Origin: Amphiscolops sp. MND2022 | Taxonomy: Eukaryota | Assembly (NCBI GenBank): GCA_964187785.1 | Contig: OZ076409.1 | Location: forward strand, 6,078,001 to 6,142,000 | DNA: 64,000 bases | Direction of reading: 5' to 3' | In this document: piece after piece, positions 25,445 through 36,150 of the stretch | Layout of the letters: each line of letters opens with the position of its first letter | Numbering within the stretch: position 1 is the stretch's first letter | Position numbers and translations under genes: made by a program | The notes under the pieces: generated by a model | The model's input: only the letters and a program-made list of their open reading frames with translations | What the model was told of the DNA's origin: nothing | The model's database searches: none

Positions 25445-25640
25445 CAACTGCAACAAAATCTCCCGCAACTAAGTCTTGCGCAACAAAGTCTCCCGCAACT
25501 AAGTCTCCCGCAACTAAGTCTCCCGCAACTAAGTCTTCCGCAACAAAGTACCCCGCAACTAAGTCTTCCGCAACAAAGTCTCCTGCAACTAAGTCTTCCG
25601 CAACAAAAACTTTCGCAACGAAGTCTTCCGCAACAAAAAG
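25445..25640 (+). repeat. 15-bp coding repeat (GCAACTAAGTCTCCC-like; ATKSP/ATKSS) x~12
   Basis: Tandem repeats in the YR ORF tail. Confidence 0.9.
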
Positions 25641-26087
25641 GCTTCCGAAACATGAAGATTCAGAATCAGAAACTTCATTTTTGTCATGCTCGTCTGAGGC
25701 AGATGAATCAGAAGTTTCCTCTTCAAAAACAGGAAGAAGATCAACGAAATATCTGATAAACGTTGAATACATGGAGAGATGGCAGCCCCTCCCCAGACGT
25801 TCTCAAAGCTGTTGCTCTCTTCGAGAACCTTTTGTGTCGATTGTAAAAGAAAGATGTAGTGAGGACTATCGATAAAGCCAAAATCAAGCTAACCCGTGAG
25901 GAGTTAGCAAGAGATATAAACAAAGTTAAATGGGCTGGGAACCAGCACTTGCCCAAGCACAAGTTTTCGTAGCTTTAGAAGTGCCCCTTCCAAGAAAACT
26001 TCGTACACCGCATTTCAAAGAAGGAAATTGAGAGAGATGTAAGAAGAAGAAACTTTATAGAATTTCATATCTTTGTCATATTTACAG

Positions 26088-26340
26088 CACTGAACCACTG
26101 TAACCAAGCAACTGATGTAACCAAGAAACTGAACCACTGTAACCAAGCAACTGATGTAACCAAGAAACTGAACCACTGTAACAAAGCAACTGATGTTACC
26201 AAGAAACTGAACCACTGTAACCAAGCAACTGATGTAACCAGGAAACTGAACCACTGTAACCAAGCAACTGATGTAACCAAGAAACTGAACCACTGTAACC
26301 AAGCTACTGATTTAACGAAGACACTGAACTACTGTAACCA
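26088..26340. repeat. 39-bp tandem array (~6.5 copies) ACTGAACCACTGTAACCAAGCAACTGATGTAACCAAGAA
   Basis: 13-aa periodicity in the spurious minus-strand ORFs; the unit consists of two related subunits (22+17 bp). Confidence 0.92.
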
Positions 26341-26564
26341 CGTTACCTAAAAGGTCCCACTAAAGAACTTGTAACCAAGCATTTAAGTAACTTGAATCGG
26401 CTGTTGACCTCCTGTTGGCATGGGACCAGAGGGGAATGGATGGAGGTGCCCCTCATTATTAATCTTTCTTCTTGTGTCTTGCAAAACTTGGTTGGAAACT
26501 TCCCAGAGAGAGCAAAATTCTATATTCAAAGAATTCACCAAAAATATGTCTCAAGTTCTGGAAC

Positions 26565-26725
26565 AGTCGACGTGTATACGCTAAAGATTACTACCGAATG
26601 AACAGCAAGTCGTTGCTACCCGTCAGATGGATGCCACCTGAAGCTATTACATACACGACTTTCACGGCTGCAAGTGATGTCTACTTTTTTGGAGTAGTGT
26701 TATGTTAAGTTTTCTCTTTTGGCAC
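26565..26725 (+). pseudogene. Isolated receptor tyrosine kinase fragment (activation loop to subdomain IX), ROR/Trk/MuSK-like, with a nonsense codon
   Basis: SRRVYAKDYYRMNSKSLLPVRWMPPEAITYTTFTAASDVYFFGVVLC*VFSFG; the expected WE is replaced by C*. Confidence 0.8.
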
Positions 26726-26944
26726 GAAGCGAACAATTGTAGCTTTTTTAACCCAGGCAGTAGGTCTATGAAGAGACCGAACATGTTGGTGAACAGCAAT
26801 GTCACGCCTTCAATGGGAGTAGCCATGGACATGAACAAATTCTCAGCTTGTTAGATGTTCTTTATAAAACTTGAAACACCGCCCCCGATTCAATAATGTG
26901 ATACCCATCCTTAGCATAGTATTGGACTTTTTTTTCGATTTGTG

Positions 26945-27190
26945 AAGTAAATGTATGCCTCTATTTTTTTCGGAATTCATTTGGAGTCATGATTTTTGTT
27001 TTGTTTATTTGATGATAATTGATTGAAGTAGATGTATGCCTTTATTTTTGCTTCTTGGGATCTCATTTGGGGTCATTATTTTTGTTTAGTTTATTTGATG
27101 ATGATTAAAGCAAATGTATACCTTTATCTTTGTTTCTTTTTCGGGATGTCATTTGGGGTCATGATTTTTGTTTTGTTTATTTGATGATGT
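26945..27190. repeat. ~80-bp degenerate tandem repeat x3
   Basis: Recurring ATGTATGCCT...CATTTGGGGTCATGATTTTTGTTTTGTTTATTTGATGAT. Confidence 0.75.
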
Positions 27191-27509
27191 CCGCAACTGT
27201 TCTATTCATTTATCACGCTCGCAACTCAAACACCGGACCGTCTTGAGGTTATCACCTTTACCTGATACTAATTCAGTGATTTTGCGCTCACAAAAATTGT
27301 AAAAAAACCGAATCAAAAGGTACGTAGTTTTGTCTCTTAAAATAAGCCATTGTCATTTACTCATTTTGAAGTCCGGTTCGTTCCATGAAATTTAGACATC
27401 AAATGAAATATGAACGGATAAACGAAAATAATTATGAAAATCACCCTGAATTTTTTCGCATGTCCTTTTTTTGTCATTGCAGCTTTTGAAATGAATCTCG
27501 TTTAAAAAC

Positions 27510-29599
27510 ATAGTATAGTATAGTATAGTATAGTATAGGATAGTATAGTATAGTATAGTATAGTATAGTATAGTATAGTATAGTATAGTATAGTATAGTA
27601 TAGTATAGTATAGTATAGTATAGTATAGTATAGTATAGTATAGTATAGTATAGTATAGTATAGTATAGTATAGTATAGTATAGTATAGTATAGTATAGTA
27701 TAGTATAGTATAGTATAGTATAGTATAGTATAGTATAGTATAGTATAGTATAGTATAGTATAGTATAGTATAGTATAGTATAGTATAGTATAGTATAGTA
27801 TAGTATAGTATAGTATAGTATAGTATAGTATAGTATAGTATAGTATAGTATAGTATAGTATAGTATAGTATAGTATAGTATAGTATAGTATAGTATAGTA
27901 TAGTATAGTATAGTATAGTATAGTATAGTATAGTATAGTATAGTATAGTATAGTATAGTATAGTATAGTATAGTATAGTATAGTATAGTATAGTATAGTA
28001 TAGTATAGTATAGTATAGTATAGTATAGTATAGTATAGTATAGTATAGTATAGTATAGTATAGTATAGTATAGTATAGTATAGTATAGTATAGTATAGTA
28101 TAGTATAGTATAGTATAGTATAGTATAGTATAGTATAGTATAGTATAGTATAGTATAGTATAGTATAGTATAGTATAGTATAGTATAGTATAGTATAGTA
28201 TAGTATAGTATAGTATAGTATAGTATAGTATAGTATAGTATAGTATAGTATAGTATAGTATAGTATAGTATAGTATAGTGAAGTATAGTATAGTATAGTA
28301 TAGTATAGTATAGTATAGTATAGTATAGTATAGTATAGTATAGTATAGTATAGTATAGTATAGTATAGTATAGTATAGTATAGTATAGTATAGTATAGTA
28401 TAGTATAGTATAGTATAGTATAGTATAGTATAGTATAGCATAGTATAGCATAGTATAGTATAGTATAGTATAGTATAGTATAGTATAGTATAGTATAGTA
28501 TAGTATAGTATAGTATAGTATAGTATAGTATAGTATAGTATAGTATAGTATAGTCTAGTATAGTATAGTATAGTATAGTATAGTATAGTATAGTATAGTA
28601 TAGTATAGTATAGTATAGTATAGTATAGTATAGTATAGTATAGTATAGTATAGTATAGTATAGTATAGTATATTATAGTATAGTATAGTATAGTATAGTA
28701 TAGTATAGTATAGTATAGTATAGTATAGTATAGTATAGTATAGTATAGTATAGTATAGTATAGTATAGTATAGTATAGTATAGTATAGTATAGTATAGTA
28801 TAGTATAGTATAGTATAGTATAGTATAGTATAGTATAGTATAGTATAGTATAGTATAGTATAGTATAGTATAGTATAGTATAGTATAGTATAGTATAGTA
28901 TAGTATAGTATAGTATAGTATAGTATAGTATAGTATAGTATAGTATAGTATAGTATAGTATAGTATAGTATAGTATAGTATAGTATAGTATAGTATAGTA
29001 TAGTATAGTATAGTATAGTATAGTATAGTATAGTATAGTATAGTATAGTATAGTATAGTATAGTATAGTATAGTATAGTATAGTATAGTATAGTATAGTA
29101 TAGTATAGTATAGTATAGTATAGTATAGTATAGTATAGTATAGTATAGTATAGTATAGTATAGTATAGTATAGTATAGTATAGTATAGTATAGTATAGTA
29201 TAGTATAGTATAGTATAGTATAGTATAGTATAGTATAGTATAGTATAGTATAGTATAGTATAGTATAGTATAGTATAGTATAGTATAGTATAGTATAGTA
29301 TAGTATAGTATAGTATAGTATAGTATAGTATAGTATAGTATAGTATAGTATAGTATAGTATAGTATAGTATAGTATAGTATAGTATAGTATAGTATAGTA
29401 TAGTATAGTATAGTATAGTATAGTATAGTATAGTATAGTATAGTATAGTATAGTATAGTATAGTATAGTATAGTATAGTATAGTATAGTATAGTATAGTA
29501 TAGTATAGTATAGTATAGTATAGTATAGTATAGTATAGTATAGTATAGTATAGTATAGTATAGTATAGTATAGTATAGTATAGTATAGTATAGTATAGT
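27510..29599. repeat. (TAGTA)n pentanucleotide satellite, left arm (~2.1 kb)
   Basis: Near-perfect 5-bp repeat with only a handful of variant units. Confidence 0.99.
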
Positions 29600-30552
29600 T
29601 GTAACGGCTGCTTGCCCTTATCCTGCGCTGAGGCTTGACAAGCTTTACGCCGCCCTGATCCGTTGCTTAGTGCTGTGGACCGTCACTAAACAATTCCTGG
29701 TTTCTTGTTTTAAAGGACTGTATCTTTTGGCTTGATGGGTCCGATGTGACCCGTGGAATCTCCTGCGATCCCTCTTTTCACTGAATTGGATCCGATGTGA
29801 TCCTGCACACACTTCCCTCACAGTATCTTCACGCGCTCCGGCTCTCCAACTATGAGAGTAGCTACTTAGTCGCTCTGACTCTAGCGAAAAGTTGTGAAGA
29901 TTGAGAAGTAGATTAATTAGTCTCGCGGTCCTGAGACCCAACTTGACTATAGCTATTCAGTGGAGAAAATCTCTATCTAATAATGGTATAAATGTGGTTT
30001 ACAATTCTACAGTAAATATAGAGCAAATATCAGTTGAAATATGTTGTATAAATAAATGACATTTAAGTGAATTATTAAAGTTATTGGCTATGTAAACAAA
30101 GAATGTGGTGGTTTTGGCATGTTGGTCAGGTGGGTTAGAAAGTATGTTTACACAATGTAAACATCATTAATTGCAACAGAGTTACATTTCCTTCAAGGTC
30201 ATATGAGAAAATCACATAATAATTAATACATCAAATTTGGGTAATTCATGGGGTCCGACCTAGGTCACTTTGGGTGTTAATTGCTCTGAACCCAGGGGCG
30301 ATACGGGGTAGGTTGGTTCGAGTGAAAAGTTAGTGTATCACCACCACTATATATGTGCCAAGTTTCGAGGTTGTTGAACAAGTGGTTCGTCGGGACGGGG
30401 TGGGTGGTGTTTTTTTGGGATGCACCATTTCTGATGAGACTTGTAATTTTCCAACTAAAATCTTGACAAAATTTCTAAGAGATTTGAGTTATAAGTTTCA
30501 TAAGTCACGTTCGAATTTGAATTTCTGATCTCGCAATTGACTGGCGCCAACA
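29600..30552 (-). repeat. 3' LTR of the BEL-derived element (953 bp)
   Basis: Direct repeat of 33996-34947; adjacent purine tract on the minus strand. Confidence 0.95.
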
Positions 30553-33281
30553 TTGCCGGCCCTGTTTTTCTCCTGAAAAACACTTTCGTAGAACTTGGGT
30601 GCCAGTTTCACTACTTGTCTTTTGAGTTTTCCATCTTCAGTTCTCACCAGTGCTGATCTCACTCGCCCATCGCTTCCATGATAGACTTCTAACACTCTAG
30701 CTATCTTGTAGCGAGCTCTTTTCACATTTTCATCTACTTTCCAAACCAAATCATTGACTTCTAGTTGTCTAACTTCTTCTTTATTCCATTTTCCAAATAA
30801 TTCAAGTTGCATCATCATTTCTTCCCATGATACAGCCGGCCCTATGAAAGGCCCATTTTCCGAACTTGTTGTTGTTTGTGCTTTTGAAGAACCCAATTGC
30901 GTTTCCATTAGCGATATTTCATCTGCGAATTCATCTATCACAATCTTTGCATATAGGATGCCAGTTGTCAATTGAACACTTTCAACCATTCCATGTAATA
31001 GGTTTGAGGTGTGTTCAAACTTCCAAGCTTGTTTCTTCGGTCGCTTGCGGTGGCCTTTGCTCAACTGAGTTTTATCCATGCCGTTAGCCTGTGCCACCGC
31101 GTCCATCCCAGAGTTTCCATTACCAATCCGAGGGTTCCACTCATTGTTATTACTCGGGATAGTTTCTTCTACAAGGCTTACTTTGAAGTCAACATCAAAT
31201 TTCTCTCCAAAGGTTGCAATCACGGTACGTGTTTCACATTTAGCATTGCATTCAACGGGTTTGTCATGTTTTGCTGCAACATGGTATAGTTTTCGATACA
31301 TTGCTTCTTCATTACAATCATCAAGCAGTGCAAATTGTTGCTCATGCACAAATCCATAACTTTTGTCGAATTCAAAACATTTGTTTCCTTCTTCAAGAAG
31401 TAGAGTACTGTCATGAAGCATCGTCACTTCGAATATTTTCCCTTGCTGTACATCCTGTTGAACGGTGAAAACTTCTGCACTCTCTTGCAGCAGTTCACGT
31501 TGGACACTCGATTCTCCCAAAGTTTGCTAGCTAGATGCGAATGATAAGAATCTATGCTCCTTCCTTGTTTCCGTCATTGTGTGATTCAATATCTCCTTTG
31601 TTTGACTTATCGAATGCTCACTCATGCCCAAGTGAATATCTTCTTCCAAAACCTGTTTGGTATCCACGAGGAGGGTTTCTGAACGGACGTCTTGCCGACC
31701 GTTGTCTACAATGAATGTTTCTGACAATTTCTGTATACATTCCGTTGTGATGAGCTGCGAGGTTCCTTGGTTTGCAAGTTTCACGTCTGGTTGTGATATT
31801 GCTTCTTTTCTGCACGTTTCGTTATCAGCTTGCTCATCGGCTTCTTTTGGAGGTTTTGAGTCTCTCCTATGCGCGGAGAACTTTCCTTCGTGAACTAATT
31901 TCACTGCATTCTCTGATTTCAAACGAACTGATACTGCAATATTGGACTTAGCCCCGTCTTCGACTGTTTCTGTCTCAGCCATGCATCTTGAGTCTTCCGT
32001 GAAACTGTCGGTTGATGAGACACTTGGGAAGCTAGTCCCCTGACTGCTCGACACTTCCGCTATTTCTCTTTCTTTTTCAGCTATTCTGGCTTTGCGGGCA
32101 AGCTATTCATGCAAGTCAGCTATTTCCATTTGTAATGCTTCACGCTTCAGTTTCTCGAGTCAGGTTTGCAGTTCTTCTTGCTCTTTCTGAGCTTTTACTT
32201 TCAAATAAAGAACTCGTCTAGCAATTGAAGTTTTCGAAATCACTGAGCTTCTGTTGCTTCTGGTTTCAACCAGTTTTGGATGTTTGCCCAGTTCCTCTAT
32301 TTCCAATTGTCCAGTCTCGCTTCTTTGGCCTTGGACTTCATCCGATTTCTGATCTTCCGCTTTCTCTAATGCTAGAGGAAACAGTCGATCTCCATTAGAC
32401 CACTTCGTGCTAACTGTTGGTCTGATGTCCATCAGGATTGTTACGTCAGACACCTTACTGTTTTCTTCGAGTAGTGATGTCACATCGTTGATAGAGTTTT
32501 CCACTTCAGATACGCTGTCTCTCATACCCCAGCAACTTTCTTGGTCCTTGGTCCTTCTTGACCGTTTCAGTGATTCCTTTTTACTAGCTGTTTTCTTTAC
32601 ACAATTTGGTTTTGCCTGATGGACACGTCTTTGCTTCAACTTTCTTGTGCGAGGGCATCTCATAGCTGCGTCTGCAGATGTTCCATTTGTCATCTGACTC
32701 AGTTTCAACTCTTTTTTTGTCCCATCAATTGGACACTTCAACGTTTGATGCACATCGGGGAACCAATATCCCCAACTCGATTCCAGTTTCGCAAAGCATT
32801 CGTCCCATTCAGTCACACTTCGACTGAGCTGTCTTTGCGTTTTTTCATTTGTAAGACTCAACATAAAGTCTACACAGAACAGCAATGCCTGTCTTCTCTC
32901 GCGGTATTCAATTACCCGATCAATCAAGTTGCTTTTGGATACAACAGCTCCTTCCTCATCGAGCTTGTCATCCAAGTCTTTTGCCAATGTATGGAGCTTT
33001 TTCACATGTAGGGGTACAATATCCCAATAGAGGCACCACGCGTACCAATCTGACGCATTTTCCAAATCTTTCGGTCTGAGCTCCATCAGTTGTTGGCTCT
33101 GCTTTGTGTTTCTTCCTTCAAACACATTTGTCATTCGAGGGTGCTGCATCACTTGCCGTTCTTTCTTTTTGGCTTTCATTTGTTCATATGACTCTTTTGT
33201 TTCACTGAGGGCTTTCGAACTTCGCAATTGTTTCTTGAAGGCTTTGTTACCTATCCCAACTTTGCAATTTCTCAGATACAA
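30498..33281 (-). pseudogene. Single reading frame (~900 codons) broken by three stops: gag-like Ser-rich/coiled-coil N-terminus, unrecognised middle, DUF5641-like C-terminus
   Basis: ORFs 32160-33281, 31527-32054 and 30498-31520 all lie in the same frame. Confidence 0.75.
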
Positions 33282-33559
33282 AATGTCAACTGCTCAATCC
33301 GGTAATCAATCGCCAATTCTTGAAGAATCAACCCAATACTGTCGATTATACTTGCCTTCGTTGACGAACTTGATTGTTTCAGTGGATCATGTCCCTCTGA
33401 CTTGATCCCTTTGCTTTACTTGGTGGATTTACTTGCAATGACGTCTTAGACCAGATCTTTGCTTCAATCAGGAATACGATCCCAAAGAATACAATTCGTC
33501 TCAAAAATAGAATTGATGCACAAACACCTCCAGAGTGCCGCTAAAGCCCAACTCCCAGA

Positions 33560-33812
33560 GTACACAGTAGTCCCAACTCCAGAGTCACTAAAGTCCAAAC
33601 ACCCAGAGTCACAATAGCCCAAGCTCACAGAGTCACAGTAGCCCAATCTCCCACAGAGACACAGTAACCCAATCTCCCAGAGACACAGTAGCCCAATCTC
33701 TCAGAGACACAGTAGCCCAATCTCCCAGAGACACAATAGCCCACTCTCCCAGAGACACAGTAGCCCAATCTCCCAGAGACACAGTAGCCCAATCTCCCAG
33801 AGACACAGTAGC
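33560..33812. repeat. 24-bp tandem repeats (CAGAGACACAGTAGCCCAATCTCC) x~10 in the BEL leader
   Basis: Directly visible; they produce the spurious 8-aa periodic ORFs. Confidence 0.9.
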
Positions 33813-33995
33813 AGCGACTCCAAGATCCAGACACTTGTTCTTCTTGGGCAATCTTCTCAGTTGTCCACCAACGAGTCGTCTTCGTCCTCGTCTTCTTCTG
33901 CTAGTCCGGGTCGTCCACCAACGAGTTGTCCGGGTCGTCCACCAACGAGTTGTCCGGGTCGTCCACCAACGAGTTGTCCGGGTCGGCGGACCAAA

Positions 33996-34947
33996 TGTAA
34001 CGGCTGCTTGCCCTTATCCTGCGCTGAGGCTTGACAAGCTTTACGCCGCCCTGATCCGTTGCTTAGTGCTGTGGACCGTCACTAAACAATTCCTGGTTTC
34101 TTGTTTTAAAGGACTGTATCTTTTGGCTTGATGGGTCCGATGTGACCCGTGGAATCTCTTGCGATCCCTCTTTTCACTGAATTGGATCCGATGTGATCCT
34201 GCACACACTTCCCTCACAGTATCTTCACGCGCTCCGGCTCTCCAACTATGAGAGTAGCTACTTAGTCGCTCTGACTCTAGCGAAAAGTTGTGAAGATTGA
34301 GAAGTAGATTAATTAGTCTCGCGGTCCTGAGACCCAACTTGACTATAGCTATTCAGTGGAGAAAATCTCTATCTAATAATGGTATAAATGTGGTTTACAA
34401 TTCTACAGTAAATATAGAGCAAATATCAGTTGAAATATGTTGTATAAATAAATGACATTTAAGTGAATTATTAAAGTTATTGGCTATGTAAACAAAGAAT
34501 GTGGTGGTTTTGGCATGTTGGTCAGGTGGGTTAGAAAGTATGTTTACACAATGTAAACATCATTAATTGCAACAGAGTTACATTTCCTTCAAGGTCATAT
34601 GAGAAAATCACATAATAATTAATACATCAAATTTGGGTAATTCATGGGGTCCGACCTAGGTCACTTTGGGTGTTAATTGCTCTGAACCCAGGGGCGATAC
34701 GGGGTAGGTTGGTTCGAGTGAAAAGTTAGTGTATCACCACCACTATATATGTGCCAAGATTCGAGGTTGTTGAACGAGTGGTTCGTCGGGACGGGGGGGG
34801 TGGTGTTTTTTGGGATGCACCATTTCTGATGAGACTTGTAATTTTCCAACTAAAATCTTGACAAAATTTCTAAGAGATTTGAGTTATAAGTTTCATTAGT
34901 CACGTTCGAATTTGAATTTCTGATCTCGCAATTGACTGGCGCCAACA
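33996..34947 (-). repeat. 5' LTR of the BEL-derived element (952 bp), followed on the minus strand by a tRNA-Tyr-like PBS
   Basis: Minus strand reads ...GTTACA-TT-TGGTCCGCCGACCCGGAC. Confidence 0.93.
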
Positions 34948-35400
34948 ATAGTATAGTATAGTATAGTATAGTATAGTATAGTATAGTATAGTATAGTATA
35001 GTATAGTATAGTATAGTATAGTATAGTATAGTATAGTATAGTATAGTATAGTATAGTATAGTATAGTATAGTATAGTATAGTATAGTATAGTATAGTATA
35101 GTATAGTATAGTATAGTATAGTATAGTATAGTATAGTATAGTATAGTATAGTATAGTATAGTATAGTATAGTATAGTATAGTATAGTATAGTATAGTATA
35201 GTATAGTATAGTATAGTATAGTATAGTATAGTATAGTATAGTATAGTATAGTATAGTATAGTATAGTATAGTATAGTATAGTATAGTATAGTATAGTATA
35301 GTATAGTATAGTATAGTATAGTATAGTATAGTATAGTATAGTATAGTATAGTATAGTATAGTATAGTATAGTATAGTATAGTATAGTATAGTATAGTATA
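34948..35400. repeat. (TAGTA)n satellite, right arm (~450 bp)
   Basis: In phase with the left arm across the insertion. Confidence 0.99.
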
Positions 35401-35787
35401 AATTGTTTACAGTTTGCTTCCTGATAATCAGTTCATTCATTTTCAGATCATTTGTTTGATGGTGATTTTCGAATGTCTTCCTCTGATGCTGTCGCGATGA
35501 GATACGCCGGTTGGGTTCGTTGAAATAATTGTTACTGTCCCCTAATAAAAAAACGCTGGTTGATGACGACGATCCAATTCTGAAGGGTTCCCCTATTAAC
35601 TATGCACATGGAAAGTCGAATCTCCGAAATGTACGTGCGGATACAACGAAGAAACTGTCGAACATTACCTCTGCAAATGTATACAGTTGGCTAAATCGCG
35701 AAAACAAGCATGTTATAAGCGCGTTGGCTGTCTTCATTGCAAGCATCGATTAATTCTATAGCAACCCAAGTTCGACATGATTATCGG

Positions 35788-36150
35788 CATCAGGATGGCC
35801 GGCTTACATCAAGATGGTATCGAAAATCGACTGACACAGGTGTTTTATTGAATTTTCATTCTTTGGGTCCTGATTTATACAAAAGATTTTTGATCGCAGG
35901 TATGATTCACCGCATATTTATGACGACCAGTAATTGGACTCTCTTCAGTGATTCCCTCCTAGAGGCTCATGGCATTTTACAGAACAATCAATGTCCTAAG
36001 CACTTCATTCAACGGGTGACCAATTTCACACTCAGCAATATTGTTTCTGGGAAGAATTCAGTGAATAAATCGAAAGATGAGACAGTAAAACCAAATTTCT
36101 CCACCATGATGGCCATTGAGTATGGAGAAAAAGTGAGCGAAGAATTTCGT
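35788..36150 (+). pseudogene. Penelope-like element RT C-terminal/linker fragment
   Basis: LTSRWYRKSTDTGVLLNFHS...YKRFLIAGMIHRIF...LQNNQCPKHFI fits the PLE YRK.T.T..YL.F.S...K.......R....NGYP pattern. Confidence 0.75.

Larger units (their letters stand above)
22618..25875 (+). pseudogene. Large disrupted ORF: SET domain, basic/acidic repeats, two C2H2-like fingers, tyrosine recombinase, (ATKSP)n tail; probable YR mobile-element gene
   Basis: SET: GYGLFVQRAFKKGEFIVNYRG...ARFIND...ELRYSYG...PWR. Fingers: CMLCDKEVRKMRDHLSNKH and CEVCSVRFADRAKHAKDH. YR-like residues: GRVG (R, 24862), HKT (24940), TSIKK (25162), SH...AEKHY (H 25255, Y 25282). Confidence 0.78.
29600..34947 (-). mobile_element. BEL/Pao-derived LTR element, non-autonomous (no RT/RNase H/IN core), inserted in the (TAGTA)n satellite
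   Basis: LTRs 29600-30552 and 33996-34947 (TG...CA; about 5 substitutions and 1 indel counted by eye). Flanks ATAGT/ATAGT. PBS TGGTCCGCCGACCCGGA and PPT-like GGAGAAAAACAGGG on the minus strand. C-terminal W....LEVNDLVW...ARVLEVYHGSDGRVRSALVRT...KRQVVKLAP is the BEL/Pao integrase-downstream (DUF5641-type) motif. Confidence 0.9.

Noticed and set aside
26015..26302. CRISPR-like array or repeat-protein ORFs
   Set aside because: Head-to-tail 39-bp repeats with no unique spacers, no cas genes, and a eukaryotic context.
27392..28451. Long (YYTIL)n ORFs (also 34850-35440)
   Set aside because: Translations of the (TAGTA)n satellite, which has no stops on the minus strand.
29600..29608. BEL LTR end TGTAACGGC identical to the start of the A/B LTRs
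   Set aside because: Only 9 bp, at opposite functional ends; PBS, TSD length and the rest of the LTRs are unrelated.
29645..29941. 98-aa ORF duplicated at 34041-34337, and other short ORFs repeated in LTRs or in the tandem duplication
   Set aside because: The recurrence is explained by the DNA repeats; non-ATG starts and no recognisable motifs.
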